This document shows, in pieces, positions 13,163 to 25,291 of a stretch of DNA of 64,000 nucleotides. This DNA is from the human T2T-CHM13v2.0 reference genome, Homo sapiens, in assembly GCF_009914755.1 (NCBI RefSeq), contig NC_060929.1; one strand, 5' to 3'. The notes under the pieces are model-generated. The model was not told the DNA's origin. It did no database searches and saw only the letters and a program-made list of their open reading frames with translations. The position numbers and the translations under genes are program-made. How positions within the stretch are numbered: position 1 is the first letter of the stretch; each line of letters starts with the position of its first letter.

Positions 13163-15703
13163 TATATCAGTTCATTCTCACATTGCTATATGGAAGTACT
13201 TGAGACTGGGTAGTTTATAAAGAAAAGGGGTTTAATTGACACACAGTTCTATAGACTGTTACAGGAGACATTACTGAGGAGGCCTCAGGAAACGTACAAT
13301 CATGGCGGAAGGTGAAGGGGAAGCAAGCACATCTTAACATTGTAACAGGGGAAAGAGAGTGAAGCGGAAGTTGCCACACACTTTACAACAACCAGATCTT
13401 GTGAGAACTTTATCATGAGAACAGCAAGGGAGAAGTTCACCTCCATGATGCAATCACCTCCCACCAGGCACCTCCTCCAACACTGGGGATTACAATTAGC
13501 CATGAGACTTGGCTGGGGACAGAGATCCAAACCATATCATTCCACCCATGGTCCCTCCCAGGTCTCATGTCCTTCTTACATTTTAAAACACAACCGTGCC
13601 TTCCCAACAGTCCCGCAAAGTCTTAACTCATCCCAGCATTAACTCAAAAGTCCAAGTCCAAAGTCTCATCTGAGATAAGGCAAGTCCCTTCTGCCTATGA
13701 ACCTGCAAAATAAAAAACAAGTTAGTTACTTTCAAGATACATTGGGGGTGCAGACATTGGGTAAATGCTCACATTCTGAAAAGGAGAAATTGGCCAAAAC
13801 AAAGGAGCTCCAAGCCCATGAAAGTCTAAAATCCAGCAGGGCAGTCATTAAGCCTTAAAGCTCCAAAATCATCTCCTTTGACTACAAGTCTCACATCCAG
13901 GGCACAGTGATGCAAGGGGTGGGCTCCTAAGGTCTTTGGAAGCTCTGCTCCTGTGGCTCTGCAGAGTAAAGCTCCTGCTTTCACAGGCTGGCATTGAGTG
14001 CCTGCAGCTTTTCCAAGCACATAGTGCAAGCTGTTGGTGGATCTATCATTCTGGGGTCTGGAGGGTGGTGACCCTCTTCTCACAGCTCCACTAAGCAGTG
14101 CCCCAGTGGGGACTTTGTATGGGGGCTCCAACCCCATATTTCCCCTCCACATTGCACTAGTAGAGGTTCTCTATGATGGTTTTGTCCCTGCTGCAGACTT
14201 CTGCCTGAACATCCAGGCCTTACAATATATCCTCTGAAATTTAGGCAGAGGCTTCCAAACCTCAACTCTTGTCTTCTGTGCACCCACAGGCCCAATACCA
14301 CATGGAAGCCATCCCAAGGCTTGGGACTTGCAACCTCTGAAGCAATGACCTAAGTTGTATTTTGGCCCTTTTAGCCATGGTTGAAGCTGAAGTGGCTGGA
14401 ATGCAGGGCACCATGTCTTAAGGTTACACAGGGCAACGGGGCCCTGGGCCTGGCCCATAAAACCAGGAAAAAATACAGTTTTTCCTTCCTAGGCCTCCAA
14501 ATCTGTGATTCAAAGGCCTCTGAAATGGCCGGGAAGCATTTTCCTCACTGTCTTGGCTATTAACATTCAGCTCATTTTTACTTATGCAGCTTTCTGCAGC
14601 CTTGAGTTTCTCCCCAGTAAATGGGTTTTTCCTTTCTACTGCATGGTTGGGCTGCAAATTTTCCAAATGTTTATGCTCTGCTTGCCTTTTAAATATAAGT
14701 TCTAGTTTCAGGTTATTTCTTTGTTTATGCAAATGAGTGTAGGCTTTTGGAAGCAGCCAGGTTACATCTTGAATGCTTTGCTGCTTAGGAATTTCTTCCA
14801 CTAGAGACCCTAAATCATTTCTCTCAAGTTCACAGTTCCACAGATCTCTAGAGCAGGTGCACAATGCTGCCAGACTCTTTGCTAAAGCATAGCAAGAGTG
14901 ACCTTTACTCCAGTTCCCGATAAGTTCCTCATCTCTATCTGAGATAACCTCAGCCTGGACTTCACTGTCCATATCACTATTAGCATTTTGGTCCAACTAT
15001 TCAACAAGTCTATAGGAATTTCCAAACTTTCCTTCATCTCCCTGTCTTCTTCTAATCCCTCCAAACTGTTCCAACTTCTGCCCATTACCCAGTTCCAAAG
15101 TCACTTTCATATTTTCAGGTATATTTATAGGAATGCACTACTTCTCTAGTATTTCTGTAGAGAAATAAACTAATACAATTAGTTTATTTAAATTATACAA
15201 TATACAATTATAAACTAATATATATTAGTTTATATATAAATTGTATAAACTAATATAAATATAAATTGTATAAACTAATTATACAATTAGTTTATTAAAC
15301 TAATACAATTTCCTGTATTAGTTTATTCTCACATTGATATATGGAATTACCTTAGACTAAGTAGTTTATAAAGAAAAGAGGTTTAATTGACTTACAGTTC
15401 CATAGGCTGTACAGGAGGCATGGCAGGGCAGGTTTCAGGAAACTTAGAAAAATTATGGCTCAAGAAAATTATAGCAGAAGGCACATCTTCACATGGCAAC
15501 AGGAGAGAGAGAGAGAGAGAGAGCAAAGAGGAAGGTGCCACACACTTTACAGCAACCATATCTCATGAGAATTCTACCACAAGAAGAGCAAGGGGGAAGT
15601 TCACCCCCATGATTCTATCACCTCCTACCTGGCCCCTCCTTTAATGCTGGGAATTACAATTCAACATGAGATTTGGGTGGGGACACAGAGTCAAACCATA
15701 TTA
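13163..15703 (-). mobile_element. Complete MaLR provirus (MSTA-like): LTR-internal-LTR
   Basis: LTRs at 13163-13539 and 15314-15703, internal region ~13540-15150. The MaLR internal ORF remnant lies at 14424-14996 (DMDSEVQAEVISDRDEELIGNWSKG). Perfect 5-bp TSD ctggc at 13158-13162 and 15704-15708. Confidence 0.92.
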
Positions 15704-16385
15704 CTGGCCAAATGATTTCCCTTGGGGATTCTGTAAACCTGAAGAACTCCTGAGTACTACAGAAGAGGGGAGAGAGGTAATCTAAGAGTATGATATTGAA
15801 GTTTATGCCTATCAAAAAGAAAAGATTCAAGCCAGTTCTGATTCAACTGGAAAAAAAACTCTTTATCTAGAGTTTATATTATTGAAGAGAAAGAGATAAA
15901 TAAACTGGTGGTATCAGTGGAGGAAGCAAAGCAAAGTGGTTACGTTTATGGATTTTGGGGGTTGAAGGTCAGCCAGATCTGTCTGAAAATTTACTACCCA
16001 AGTGATCTTGGGCAAGTTACATAGAGCCTCTACATCTAATTTTCTTCATCAACAGTAACCGAATTGTAGCACCTCAGCATTTACTAGATGTTACTAGATG
16101 TTACTGCTGCTGTTGCTGCTGTTGTTGTTGTTGTTGCTTAAATTGAAGTATAATTGATTCTTAAACAATGTAAGGGTTAGAGACACCAGCCTCCCAGGCA
16201 GTTGAAAATTCACATATAACTTTTATATCCCCCCAAACTTAACTATTAATAGCTTACTGTCAATTGGAAATCTTACCAATGACATAAATTCAATTAACAC
16301 ATATTATGTGTGATAAATATATTGTATACTGTATTCTTATAATAAAGTTAGCTGGATAAAAAAAAGGTTATTAAGAAAATCATAA

Positions 16386-16667
16386 GGCATGGTGGTTCTT
16401 GCCTGTAATCCCAGCACTTTGGAAGGCTAAGGCAGGAGGTTTGCTTGGAGTACAGAAGTTTGAGACCAGCCTGGGCAATGTAACGGGACCCCATCTCTAA
16501 AAAGAAAGTTTCTAAATAGCCAGGCATGGCAACACATGCTTTCAGTTCTAGATACTCAGGAGGCTGAGGTAATAATAGGATCACTTGAGGCCAGGAGTTC
16601 GAGGCTGCAGTGAACTGTGATCATGCTACTGCACTCCAGCCTGAGTGACAGAGGAAGAAACTGTCTC
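16386..16667 (+). mobile_element. Alu (AluJ-like)
   Basis: Dimeric Alu with J-type features (gagttcgaggctgcagtgaactgtgatcatg). Approximate TSD aagaaaat. Confidence 0.9.
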
Positions 16668-16870
16668 AAAAGAGAAGGGTGGGGGTGGGGGGGAGAGAGA
16701 GAGAAAAGAGAAGAGGAGAGGAGAGGAGAGGAGAGAAGAGAAGGAAGGAAAGGAAGGAAAAAGGAAAGAAGAAAGAAAGAAAGAGAAAGAAAGGAAGAAA
16801 GAAGAAAGAAAGAGAAAGAAAGGAAGGAAGGAAAGAAGAAAAGAAAGAAGAAGAAAAAAGAAGAAAGAAA

Positions 16871-16918
<48 letters not shown>

Positions 16919-16948
16919 AAAGAAAGAAAAAGAAAGAAAGAAAGAAAA
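16668..16948 (+). repeat. Polypurine (GAAA/GGAA/GAGA)n tract derived from the Alu tail
   Basis: About 280 bp of almost pure A/G, including a perfect (AAAG)n run near 16875-16925. Confidence 0.95.
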
Positions 16949-18329
16949 TACTAAGAATGAAGAGAAAATATACTATTTATTAAGTGGAAATGGATCATAA
17001 TAAAGGTCTTTGTCTTCATTGTGTTCACCTTGAGTAGGCTGAGGAGGAGAAAGAAGAGGAAGGATTGGACTATCTCAGGGGTGGCAGAGGCAGAAGGAAA
17101 TCCACATGTAAGCGGACCTGTGCAGTTCAAACCCATGTTGTGCAAGGGTCAAATGTTTATATTAATAGGGTTATATATTAATTCTGTCCGTAGGATCACA
17201 AGACTCCAAAAATAAATATGTTTGAATTTCATCCTGCAGGATGAGTTTAATTCCCCAGGTAAAAATGAAGGGAACAACATTCCAGATAGAGTGAACAACC
17301 TGGGTAAAGTCACAGAAGAGTTAAAGTACATAGTCCACCCAGGGATGAAAGAGGGTTTAAATACAATCATAATAAAAAGTCTGGGGAAAGAGGCAAAAAT
17401 GATTATGAAAATGTAAAACAGGGCTATGGCGTAGCAGGCCACATAACTTGTAAGCGGTCAGGAGTCAACAAACATTCTAAACCAAGGAGAAGCAGGATCA
17501 AATATGTATTTTAGAAAAATAATTGTGGTGTCATGCAGAGATGAGACTGGAGGAATAAAAGTCAGTAGGATAGGGCATATAGAATAGAAACCACCTGACA
17601 AAAGTCAAACAAATACATACACCTAGAAAACCACAGGAAATCCTTGGCTTGGGAGGTAGAAAAACCAAGCAATATTTATCACTTTTTTTCTCCCTCTACT
17701 ACATACATATGCCCAGAAACACATGTATTCATGAACTGATTACATAACTTTTGCGCCTGTCTTTCCATTCATAAAATGGAGATAATAATAGGTTGTTGTA
17801 AGGACTGAATAGGTTGATCCATTAAAAGCGTGTAGCACATAGTAAGGGCTGTATAAACATTGTTGTTTTGTTGTTATCTTGCTCCTTCCTATTACATCAT
17901 CCCTTTCCTTTTTTAGTTTAATTACTATCCCATTCCCATTGTCAACGATTTTTATATCACCAAAATTCCTATTGTAAGTTTTAGGCCTAAAGCGTTCAGA
18001 GAGTTCTACGATGTTGATTCAACTTAACACATTTTAAAAGCGTACCTCTTGTGTTAGGAGAATTTTCAGGTATGAAGGGGAAAGTCCACATATAAAAAGA
18101 ATCATCCTTTCTTTTTGGCACTGAGGAAACTCACATTCCATTAAGAGGAGGATGAGAAGTACATAATGTAGTAAAACATAACGTGAGATAAAACAAAAGA
18201 TAATGAGAGAAGTCACAACAAAATGCATGATGGAAAAGCATTTTTGCTGGAAGTCAGGAGACTCGTGCTCTAATTCAGGATTCAATACTTAATGGACAAA
18301 TTTCCTGAAGCAAGTTGCTGAACCTTGGC

Positions 18330-18570
18330 TAAGCAGAGAGATATAATGTGTAGGCACTTCCATCTGGAATTAGATGGCGTGTATCACCATCTGACTCTAC
18401 CATTTACTCACTGTGCACCTTTGGACAGGCTAGTTGACTTCTCTGTTCTTCTGTGGTTTAATCTATAAAATGAAGATGATGATAATACTATCCACTTCCT
18501 ACAGCTGCTGTGTAGATCAAAGGAATTAAAATATGTAAAGTTATTAGAATACTACTTGCCACTAAGTATA
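18330..18570. mobile_element. MIR SINE
   Basis: MIR core motifs: ctctaccatttact...ctttggac...atctataaaatgaagatgatgataata...atgtaaag. Confidence 0.6.
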
Positions 18571-19372
18571 CTCCTTGAAATGACAGCTATTTTAAATATT
18601 TCTGAACCTCAGTATCTTTCAATGTAAAATAAAGATAATAATTACCTTTAACAATCTGTCTTATAAGATTGTTGTGAGATAATTTATATGAAAGTGCTTT
18701 GTCAATCGAGTATATAATATACAAATGTATAATGGTCTGTGTAATATAATAATGAACACTAATACTAGTAGGTAACACATAATTCCTTCTCAGAGTATTC
18801 TTTAGCCATCTTACAGATGGAAATTTCACTTGCAGTCCTTCCTAAATGCACCAAAACTAAAATGAAACCTTTACTTTTATGTTGCTGGAATTCTAATCAA
18901 CGAGAATTCGAGACAATGGGGAAAATAACAAATTGTTATTGAATTTATTTTTTAATAATCATTTGAATGGATTGTCTTAACAGATGAACCTGTAGGCATT
19001 GATGACCACATTTTAAAAATGATATTAGAGTAAATACAGAATATTCAGTCTTTTAAAAATGTTAACCACTTGGGATGTCTGTTGACATTTTGCAAAGCAA
19101 ACCATAAATGTACTTAAACCGATGAGTAAAACATTAAAATTAAAAATCAGCCCATCTTTTCTCCGAGTACCTTTTTCAAATGGCACAGAGAACTTTACAC
19201 AAGCTCCAGGCACCTCTATATTTAATTCCTAGGGGCAATGGTATTCATCAGTGCATTAAGCAGCCTGGTCAGGTACTGCTGAGTCAACCTCGTTCTGGGA
19301 CTCTCCTTGCTTGTGAATGCAACATGCAGGCCTTGAGATGTCATTATTCCGACGTTATGATAAGGCACTCAC

Positions 19373-19480
19373 TTATGCTGCTTTACAGGAGAAAGAACCA
19401 GAGTTTAAAAGCCATAGCCACCGATTTATATTATGCTACTGTAACACTCTTGAACAGAATCTCATTTTAAAAGACAGTGC
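19373..19480 (-). other. Candidate 108-nt non-coding internal exon (5'UTR or lncRNA)
   Basis: Minus-strand acceptor TTTTCTCTTGCAG|G and donor TAA|GTGAGT. All three frames contain stops. It lies in unique sequence ~4.4 kb downstream of the CpG island. Confidence 0.55.
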
Positions 19481-19624
19481 CTGCAAGAGAAAATCTTCAC
19501 TGGCTTAATCCATGATTATGAATTTGGTGGTCATTTGAAAGGTGTCTCTTCTTTTTTTTTTTCTGTTATTTTGTTTTACCATCAATAGTTTAATTTTCAT
19601 TAGAAATCACAGTCTTGGTACTAA

Positions 19625-19990
<366 letters not shown>

Positions 19991-21668
19991 AGTGATTTTC
20001 TTTTAATGGAAGAACTACTGTTAAGTCACTGGACTGATGAGCTTCACAGGGCCAACACTTCTTAGCTTGGACATGTTTACTAAACAAGTTAAGAGTGCAT
20101 GCTCTAAATTACCTTGTTTGAATAGGGGCTGTAAATTAGGTTATTGTGAGGAAATGACCACTTTCTCAAAATCTTCAAAGTGCACCAGGAAACATGAAGC
20201 TTGGGTGTGTTATAATTAATTGGGAAAATGGTGGATGCCTCAATCATTGCAATTTGGCATGACTAATGAAAGAGTTCTATCACAGCAAAGTCTAGGGTTC
20301 ATAAAGTGCTTCTTGCCGGGGGAATCTTAAATCATAAATAGCAACATGTTTAGTCCTCTGCCCTTTTATAAGAGATAAAATTGTGGTACAAATAAAGTAG
20401 GCTTTTTTCCAAGGTGGCACAGAACTTAACAAAGTGAAAATGTGGCATTTACATTCCTTGATTTATAACCTTTATAACGTTTACTTAAGAATGTATCCAA
20501 AGGAAATTCCTATTGTTTATTTTACCATTTGTTTAGTTGAATTGTTAATTAAAACTTTTTTCCAGTATCATTTGCCAGAGGGTGATGCTGATTATAAGAA
20601 CTAAAACTAGGGATGACATGCACTCTCACATGTAGCAACTGGATACAATTTTAAGTTCAAAACACAGCCTATTCTAGCAAGAAGACTAGGATTAGACAAT
20701 AGCACCCCTTGCATCCCAATACTGCCATCAGTCTTTACAGTTGGGATTGTCCTTTCTTGACTCTGAACCACACCCAAAAGGTCATCAATCTGTGAATGTT
20801 TATTTACACTTCTCCTTACCATCTTGCACGTTATTGACTCTTACAGCTGCCTTTGAAAGAGAGCTTTCAAATAGCCATGAGGAACTAGAGGTTTTTTAAA
20901 TAAATAAATAAATAAGGCTCCAAATATCAACAAACAGTTGATATTTGACTTTGGAATTCAAGGGATACATTAATAAGTGCTTATGTACCCACAGGCTTCC
21001 TTACTCTGTGCCTGAACTCAGCACCCAATCTATGTACCCTAGCTATCAGCTTTTCAGGGTCCTGATGAGAAACAAACAAGAGGAAATCAAACACTTGAGT
21101 GTTGACAGTACAGTCCAGAATCTGGAATTACTGTGACTCCTTACAAGTGCTCAGAACTCCTTAATTGGTTATGTGAATTTGTCATCCTCTATCAAATGTA
21201 TGGGGATACTGCCTGCAAGTAAACCTCCACTCAGACCTCAGAAAGCAAAGGTCAATCTTTCAAGGAGAATTTAGGAAATATTTAGAAACAAAGAATAATT
21301 CCACACTAGGAAAGTCATAGGTGCTCAAACAGTAAGAAATTTAAATCCTCCACTACATATATGTAAGTTCACACATGCTGGTCATCAGCTGGCATCTTTA
21401 GTGAGTATCTTCTATTGAACTCACTACAAGTAAGTAAGCTGAAGGGCAATTTCTGAAATACTGTGAACATGTGTGTTTTTCTATATAGTTGGCTGGGTAG
21501 GTTCTTACCTAGCTCTACACAGTATTTAACACCAGATTATAGATTAGCCTCTCAGGGGAAATAATGGTACACACTTATTATATGTAATATAATAGCCATT
21601 CACAGAAGATCCCCATTATACATGACAGCAATGAACCCAGTCCCTGGAATTAAGAAACTGTACATCAG

Positions 21669-21977
21669 GGCTGGGTGTGGTGGCTCACACCTGTAATCCC
21701 AGCACTTTGGGAGGCTGAGGCGGGCAGATCACAAGGTCAGGAGATCGAGACCATCCTGGCTAACATGGTGAAACCCCGTCTCTACTAAAAATACAAAAAA
21801 TTAGCCGGGCTTAGTGGCAGGCACCTGTAGTCCCAGCTACTCAGGAGGCTGAGGCAGGAGAATGGCGTGAACCCAGGAGGCAGAATTTGCAGTGAGCCAA
21901 GATCGCACCAGTGCACTCCAGCCTGGGCGACAGAGCGAGACTCCATCTCAAAAAAATAAAATAAAAAAATTAAAAAA
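21669..21977 (+). mobile_element. AluY
   Basis: AluY diagnostics (gagatcgagaccatcctggctaac, aatggcgtgaacc). 14-bp TSD aaactgtacatcag at 21655-21668 and 21978-21991. Confidence 0.95.
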
Positions 21978-21991
21978 AAACTGTACATCAG

Positions 21992-22410
21992 AAACAACTC
22001 AAATGGCCTTCAACAACTTTTAAAAGGATAAACCATCTGTGGTACGTTCATGCAATGAAATACTACTCAGCAATCAAAAAGAGCAAACTGTTGATACACC
22101 CAACAACACAGATGAAGATCAAATCCATTATGCTAGTAAAAAGAAGCCACACAGAAGAAAGCTACATACTGTATGATTCTATTTATATGACATTCTGTAA
22201 AAGGCAAAACTACAGGAATGGAAAACAGATCAGTGGTTTCCAGGGTTACAGGATATTGGGAGGGATTGACTGCAAAGGGCAGCACAAAGAAGTTTTGGGG
22301 GATGATGAAATTCTGTTTCTTGCTTGTGGTCGTGATTACATTACACACTGGTAAAACTCAAAGAATTTATATCCCTGAAAAAGTGAATTGTACTGTATTT
22401 AACCTAAATA
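21992..22410 (+). mobile_element. Old L1M (L1ME/MD-like) 3' fragment
   Basis: Contains atgaaatactactcagcaatcaaaaag...tactgtatgattctatttatatgacattct...aaaggcaaaactac. Confidence 0.7.
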
Positions 22411-22798
22411 TCAAAAGTTCAAAAGCTTCACATAGTTTATATTTCTCATTCTCATGTATTCAAGAAGAAGAATTGTCTTTCAAATATTCCTACTAAACTC
22501 CTGCTTATCACTTTCAAGAACTTAGCTTCAAAGTTAGCTCTTCTGTAAAGCCTTCCCATACCTCTCTATGTTCTGGCTTCTTTCTAAGATTTTTTTAAGG
22601 AAATAAACATTACTCATATAGCCAATATCCATGTGGATAAAGGCTCCTTCTCTTCCAGGGGTCTCCCCCATGCTGGAGTTCGCACGCATTCTTCCCCAAC
22701 ATGCTTTTATACTTTTATTACATAGTTACGTACCAACAAATTGTTATGGGAAGGATAATTTTACGTTAATAGATATTAATATTGCATCAATATCACAT

Positions 22799-23079
22799 TT
22801 TTTTTGAGACGGAGTCTTGCTCTGTTGCCCCGGCTAGAATGCAGCGATCTCGGCTAACTGCAACCTCCGCCTCCAGGGTTCAAGCAATTCTCCTGCCTCA
22901 GCCTCCCGAGTAACTGGGATTATAGGCGCCTGCCACCGCCCCTGGCTAACTTTTGTACTTTTAGTAGAGACGGGTTTCACCATCTTGGCCAGGCTGGTCT
23001 CGAATTCCTGACCTCGTAATCCACCCTCCTCGGCCTCCCAAAGTGCTGGGATTACAGGCGTGAGTCACCGCGCCCGGCC
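22799..23079 (-). mobile_element. Alu (AluS-like) with a very short tail
   Basis: Reverse Alu with TSD aatatcacat at 22789-22798 and 23080-23089. Confidence 0.93.
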
Positions 23080-24519
23080 AATATCACATGTATTCTTTTG
23101 CAATTTGCTTTTTTTCATCCAACATTGCTTTTAAGATAGTCAATTCATAAAGAGTATTTCACTGTAGGGATATGCCAATACATTAATTCACTGCACTTTT
23201 GACAGATATTTAAGCTGTTTCCATGCTCCATGTTACACTGTGCCATATTTATCTGTTATTATATCTCTTCTTCTTGCAAGACAATGAGCAATTCCAGAAC
23301 AGAAAGCATCCAGAATTCCTATCCCTTTCCCTAATTTCCGGTACACCTGCAAATCACTGCCTGCGTAATGTGTTTCGCATGGAAAAAGATGCTGTGTACC
23401 TGGCACACAATAAGCACCACTCCATAAAAATGTGTTGAAAGAATAAAAGCTGACAAAATGTTATTTTAAATCTTGCGGTCTCTACTCACTTCTCTGCGGT
23501 GTAAGATTTAAGGGGGAACTGACTCAATTCTCACTAAAAAGTCCCTTAGTATTCCAATGTGGACGTAGAGAGATCTATGAAACAAGGTCACTTCACAATT
23601 CTCTTGCTTTCGCGTTAGAGGATCTCAAAGCACTACACAAACCGCGATTTTCTCCAGTGATTTTTCCTCTCAATGTGCCTCAAGGTCAGTTCAGAGCAGT
23701 ATTCAAAGCTTGAATACTCTTCACCAGCAGCTGTAAAGGGCCGGAAAACCAGAGTCTGGATGTAAATAACAGTAACAAACTATTCCCGGATCTTGTTTTT
23801 TCTTTTCTTTTCATGGGTCCCCGTTTGCGCTCTTAGTCGGCTTACCCGTCCTGTTCCAGGAGCCGACAGGGAACAGCCCACCTGGAGCAGGTCTTGGGCC
23901 ACCACTCGCCCCGCCCCCCGTCTCTACTCCTCACTCGCTCTCCCCGCTCCTATTAAGCAGCCAACGCTGGGTGATCTCCTCTCCAGTTCTTCGTGGTTTC
24001 ATTGTAGCCTTGATATACAAGACAAATGCACACTTTACTCTGGGCTTAAAAAACCATCTATCATCATCCTTTGGGCATGACAAATACATTGTGTGTTTCA
24101 GAGAAATTAATCTGGTATTTAGGGGGAGAAAGGCATTTCCAACCAGTCTCCGTGCAGAACCTTCCCGCAAACCCTGTAGCGGCATTTTTCGACACTTTTC
24201 TCCTCCTTTCGGCAAGCCTCAAACTTGACCTTCGAGAGGATTTTAAGGGTAGAGCCTTCCTCCCTTTCCCTCGTCTGCTCCAAGAGCTCACGTAGGCCTT
24301 CTTCTGGGAAACAGCAGCTCAGGACCAGAGCTCGGAGAACTGCGCGTCCAGGAGCGCGGGCGCGGCCGGGGAAAAGGGAGGAGGCGGCAGGAGGGGGCAG
24401 GAGGTGGAGGGAGGAGGAGGATCGGTCTGAATATGCATGAGGCACCCAGCACTGCCCTCTTCCCCGGCAGCTGCTCGGGCGGGGGCGAAGGAGGGAAGGG
24501 GAGGGGAGGGGAGGAAATG

Positions 24520-24610
24520 AGGCTGGGGCGGGGTGGCCAGAGCAGCCGCAGAGGCTGACGCGGGTTTGGAGAACGGAAGAGATGATTTGCATGGCGCCTG
24601 GTGATTGGCT
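24520..24610 (-). promoter_or_regulatory. Core promoter motif cluster: CCAAT box, octamer, ETS, GC box
   Basis: On +: ATTGG at 24604-24608 (CCAAT on -), ATTTGCAT at 24585-24592 (octamer), CGGAAG at ~24574 and GGGGCGGGG at ~24525. Confidence 0.65.
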
Positions 24611-24710
24611 GATGGCCGGGGGCTGGGTCTGAGAGGCGGCCCCTGAATGGTTTAACGGAGGAAATTACAAGATTCATTCGACTAAAGAAAGCCGGGGCGG
24701 GCCTGGTCGG

Positions 24711-24743
24711 CGCAATATGCAGCCTGTCCGCAAGGGGGCGCGA
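24711..24743 (+). promoter_or_regulatory. CTCF site with upstream module
   Basis: Core TGTCCGCAAGGGGGCGCGA (24725-24743) against consensus TGGCCACCAGGGGGCGCTA. CGCAATATG lies 5 bp upstream and resembles the ZF9-11 module. Confidence 0.7.
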
Positions 24744-25249
24744 TGGCCTATCTTTGTTCTGGTTAAAGGCTCCTTTTCCCTCCTCCCCCGCCCCCGCCTC
24801 CGCCCCCGCCCCCGCCCCCACCCCCCACACACAGACACACACGCAGAAAGTGCAGAGAAACCCTGTGATCCAGTCAACTGGCTCTGCCCCATCTATTAAG
24901 AAAGATGAACACTCCTTTCTCTTCCATCTCCTTCATGGGAGACCACTTTTCATTTCAGATTATCACATCAATAAATATTCTTCGAGGAATAAAAAAGGCA
25001 CTTTGCCAAAAGATAAGAGAATATATATGCAATGTCTGGATTGTGGAGAAAGACAATACATGAAGGCAAGAGAATAGGCACATATATGTAAATATGCACA
25101 TAATCACCTCCGAGAACGCAAAGCACGGGAGGTAGAGACAAACAGAACACCTGGAGAGAACACATATCGCTCACAAGGTTCTCACAGGCTGTGCACGCTC
25201 TTCCACACACCGAGGCACACACCCACTGACCGGCACGCAGTCTCCCCCT

Positions 25250-25250
<1 letters not shown>

Positions 25251-25288
<38 letters not shown>
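25251..25288. repeat. (CA)19 microsatellite
   Basis: Perfect CA run seen directly. Confidence 0.97.

Positions 25289-25291
<3 letters not shown>

Larger units (their letters stand above)
16152..17153 (-). mobile_element. Tigger2a/MER28-like DNA transposon interrupted by an Alu
   Basis: The right end gcggacctgtgcagttcaaacccatgttgtgcaagggtcaa is the reverse complement of the Tigger2 TIR. A degraded left TIR lies at ~16152. Confidence 0.7.

Noticed and set aside
14424-14996. 190-aa ORF as a host gene
   Set aside because: It is the decayed internal ORF of the MST MaLR element.
16617-17000. K/E/R-rich ORFs in all three plus frames
   Set aside because: Artefact of the stop-free (GAAA)n tract.
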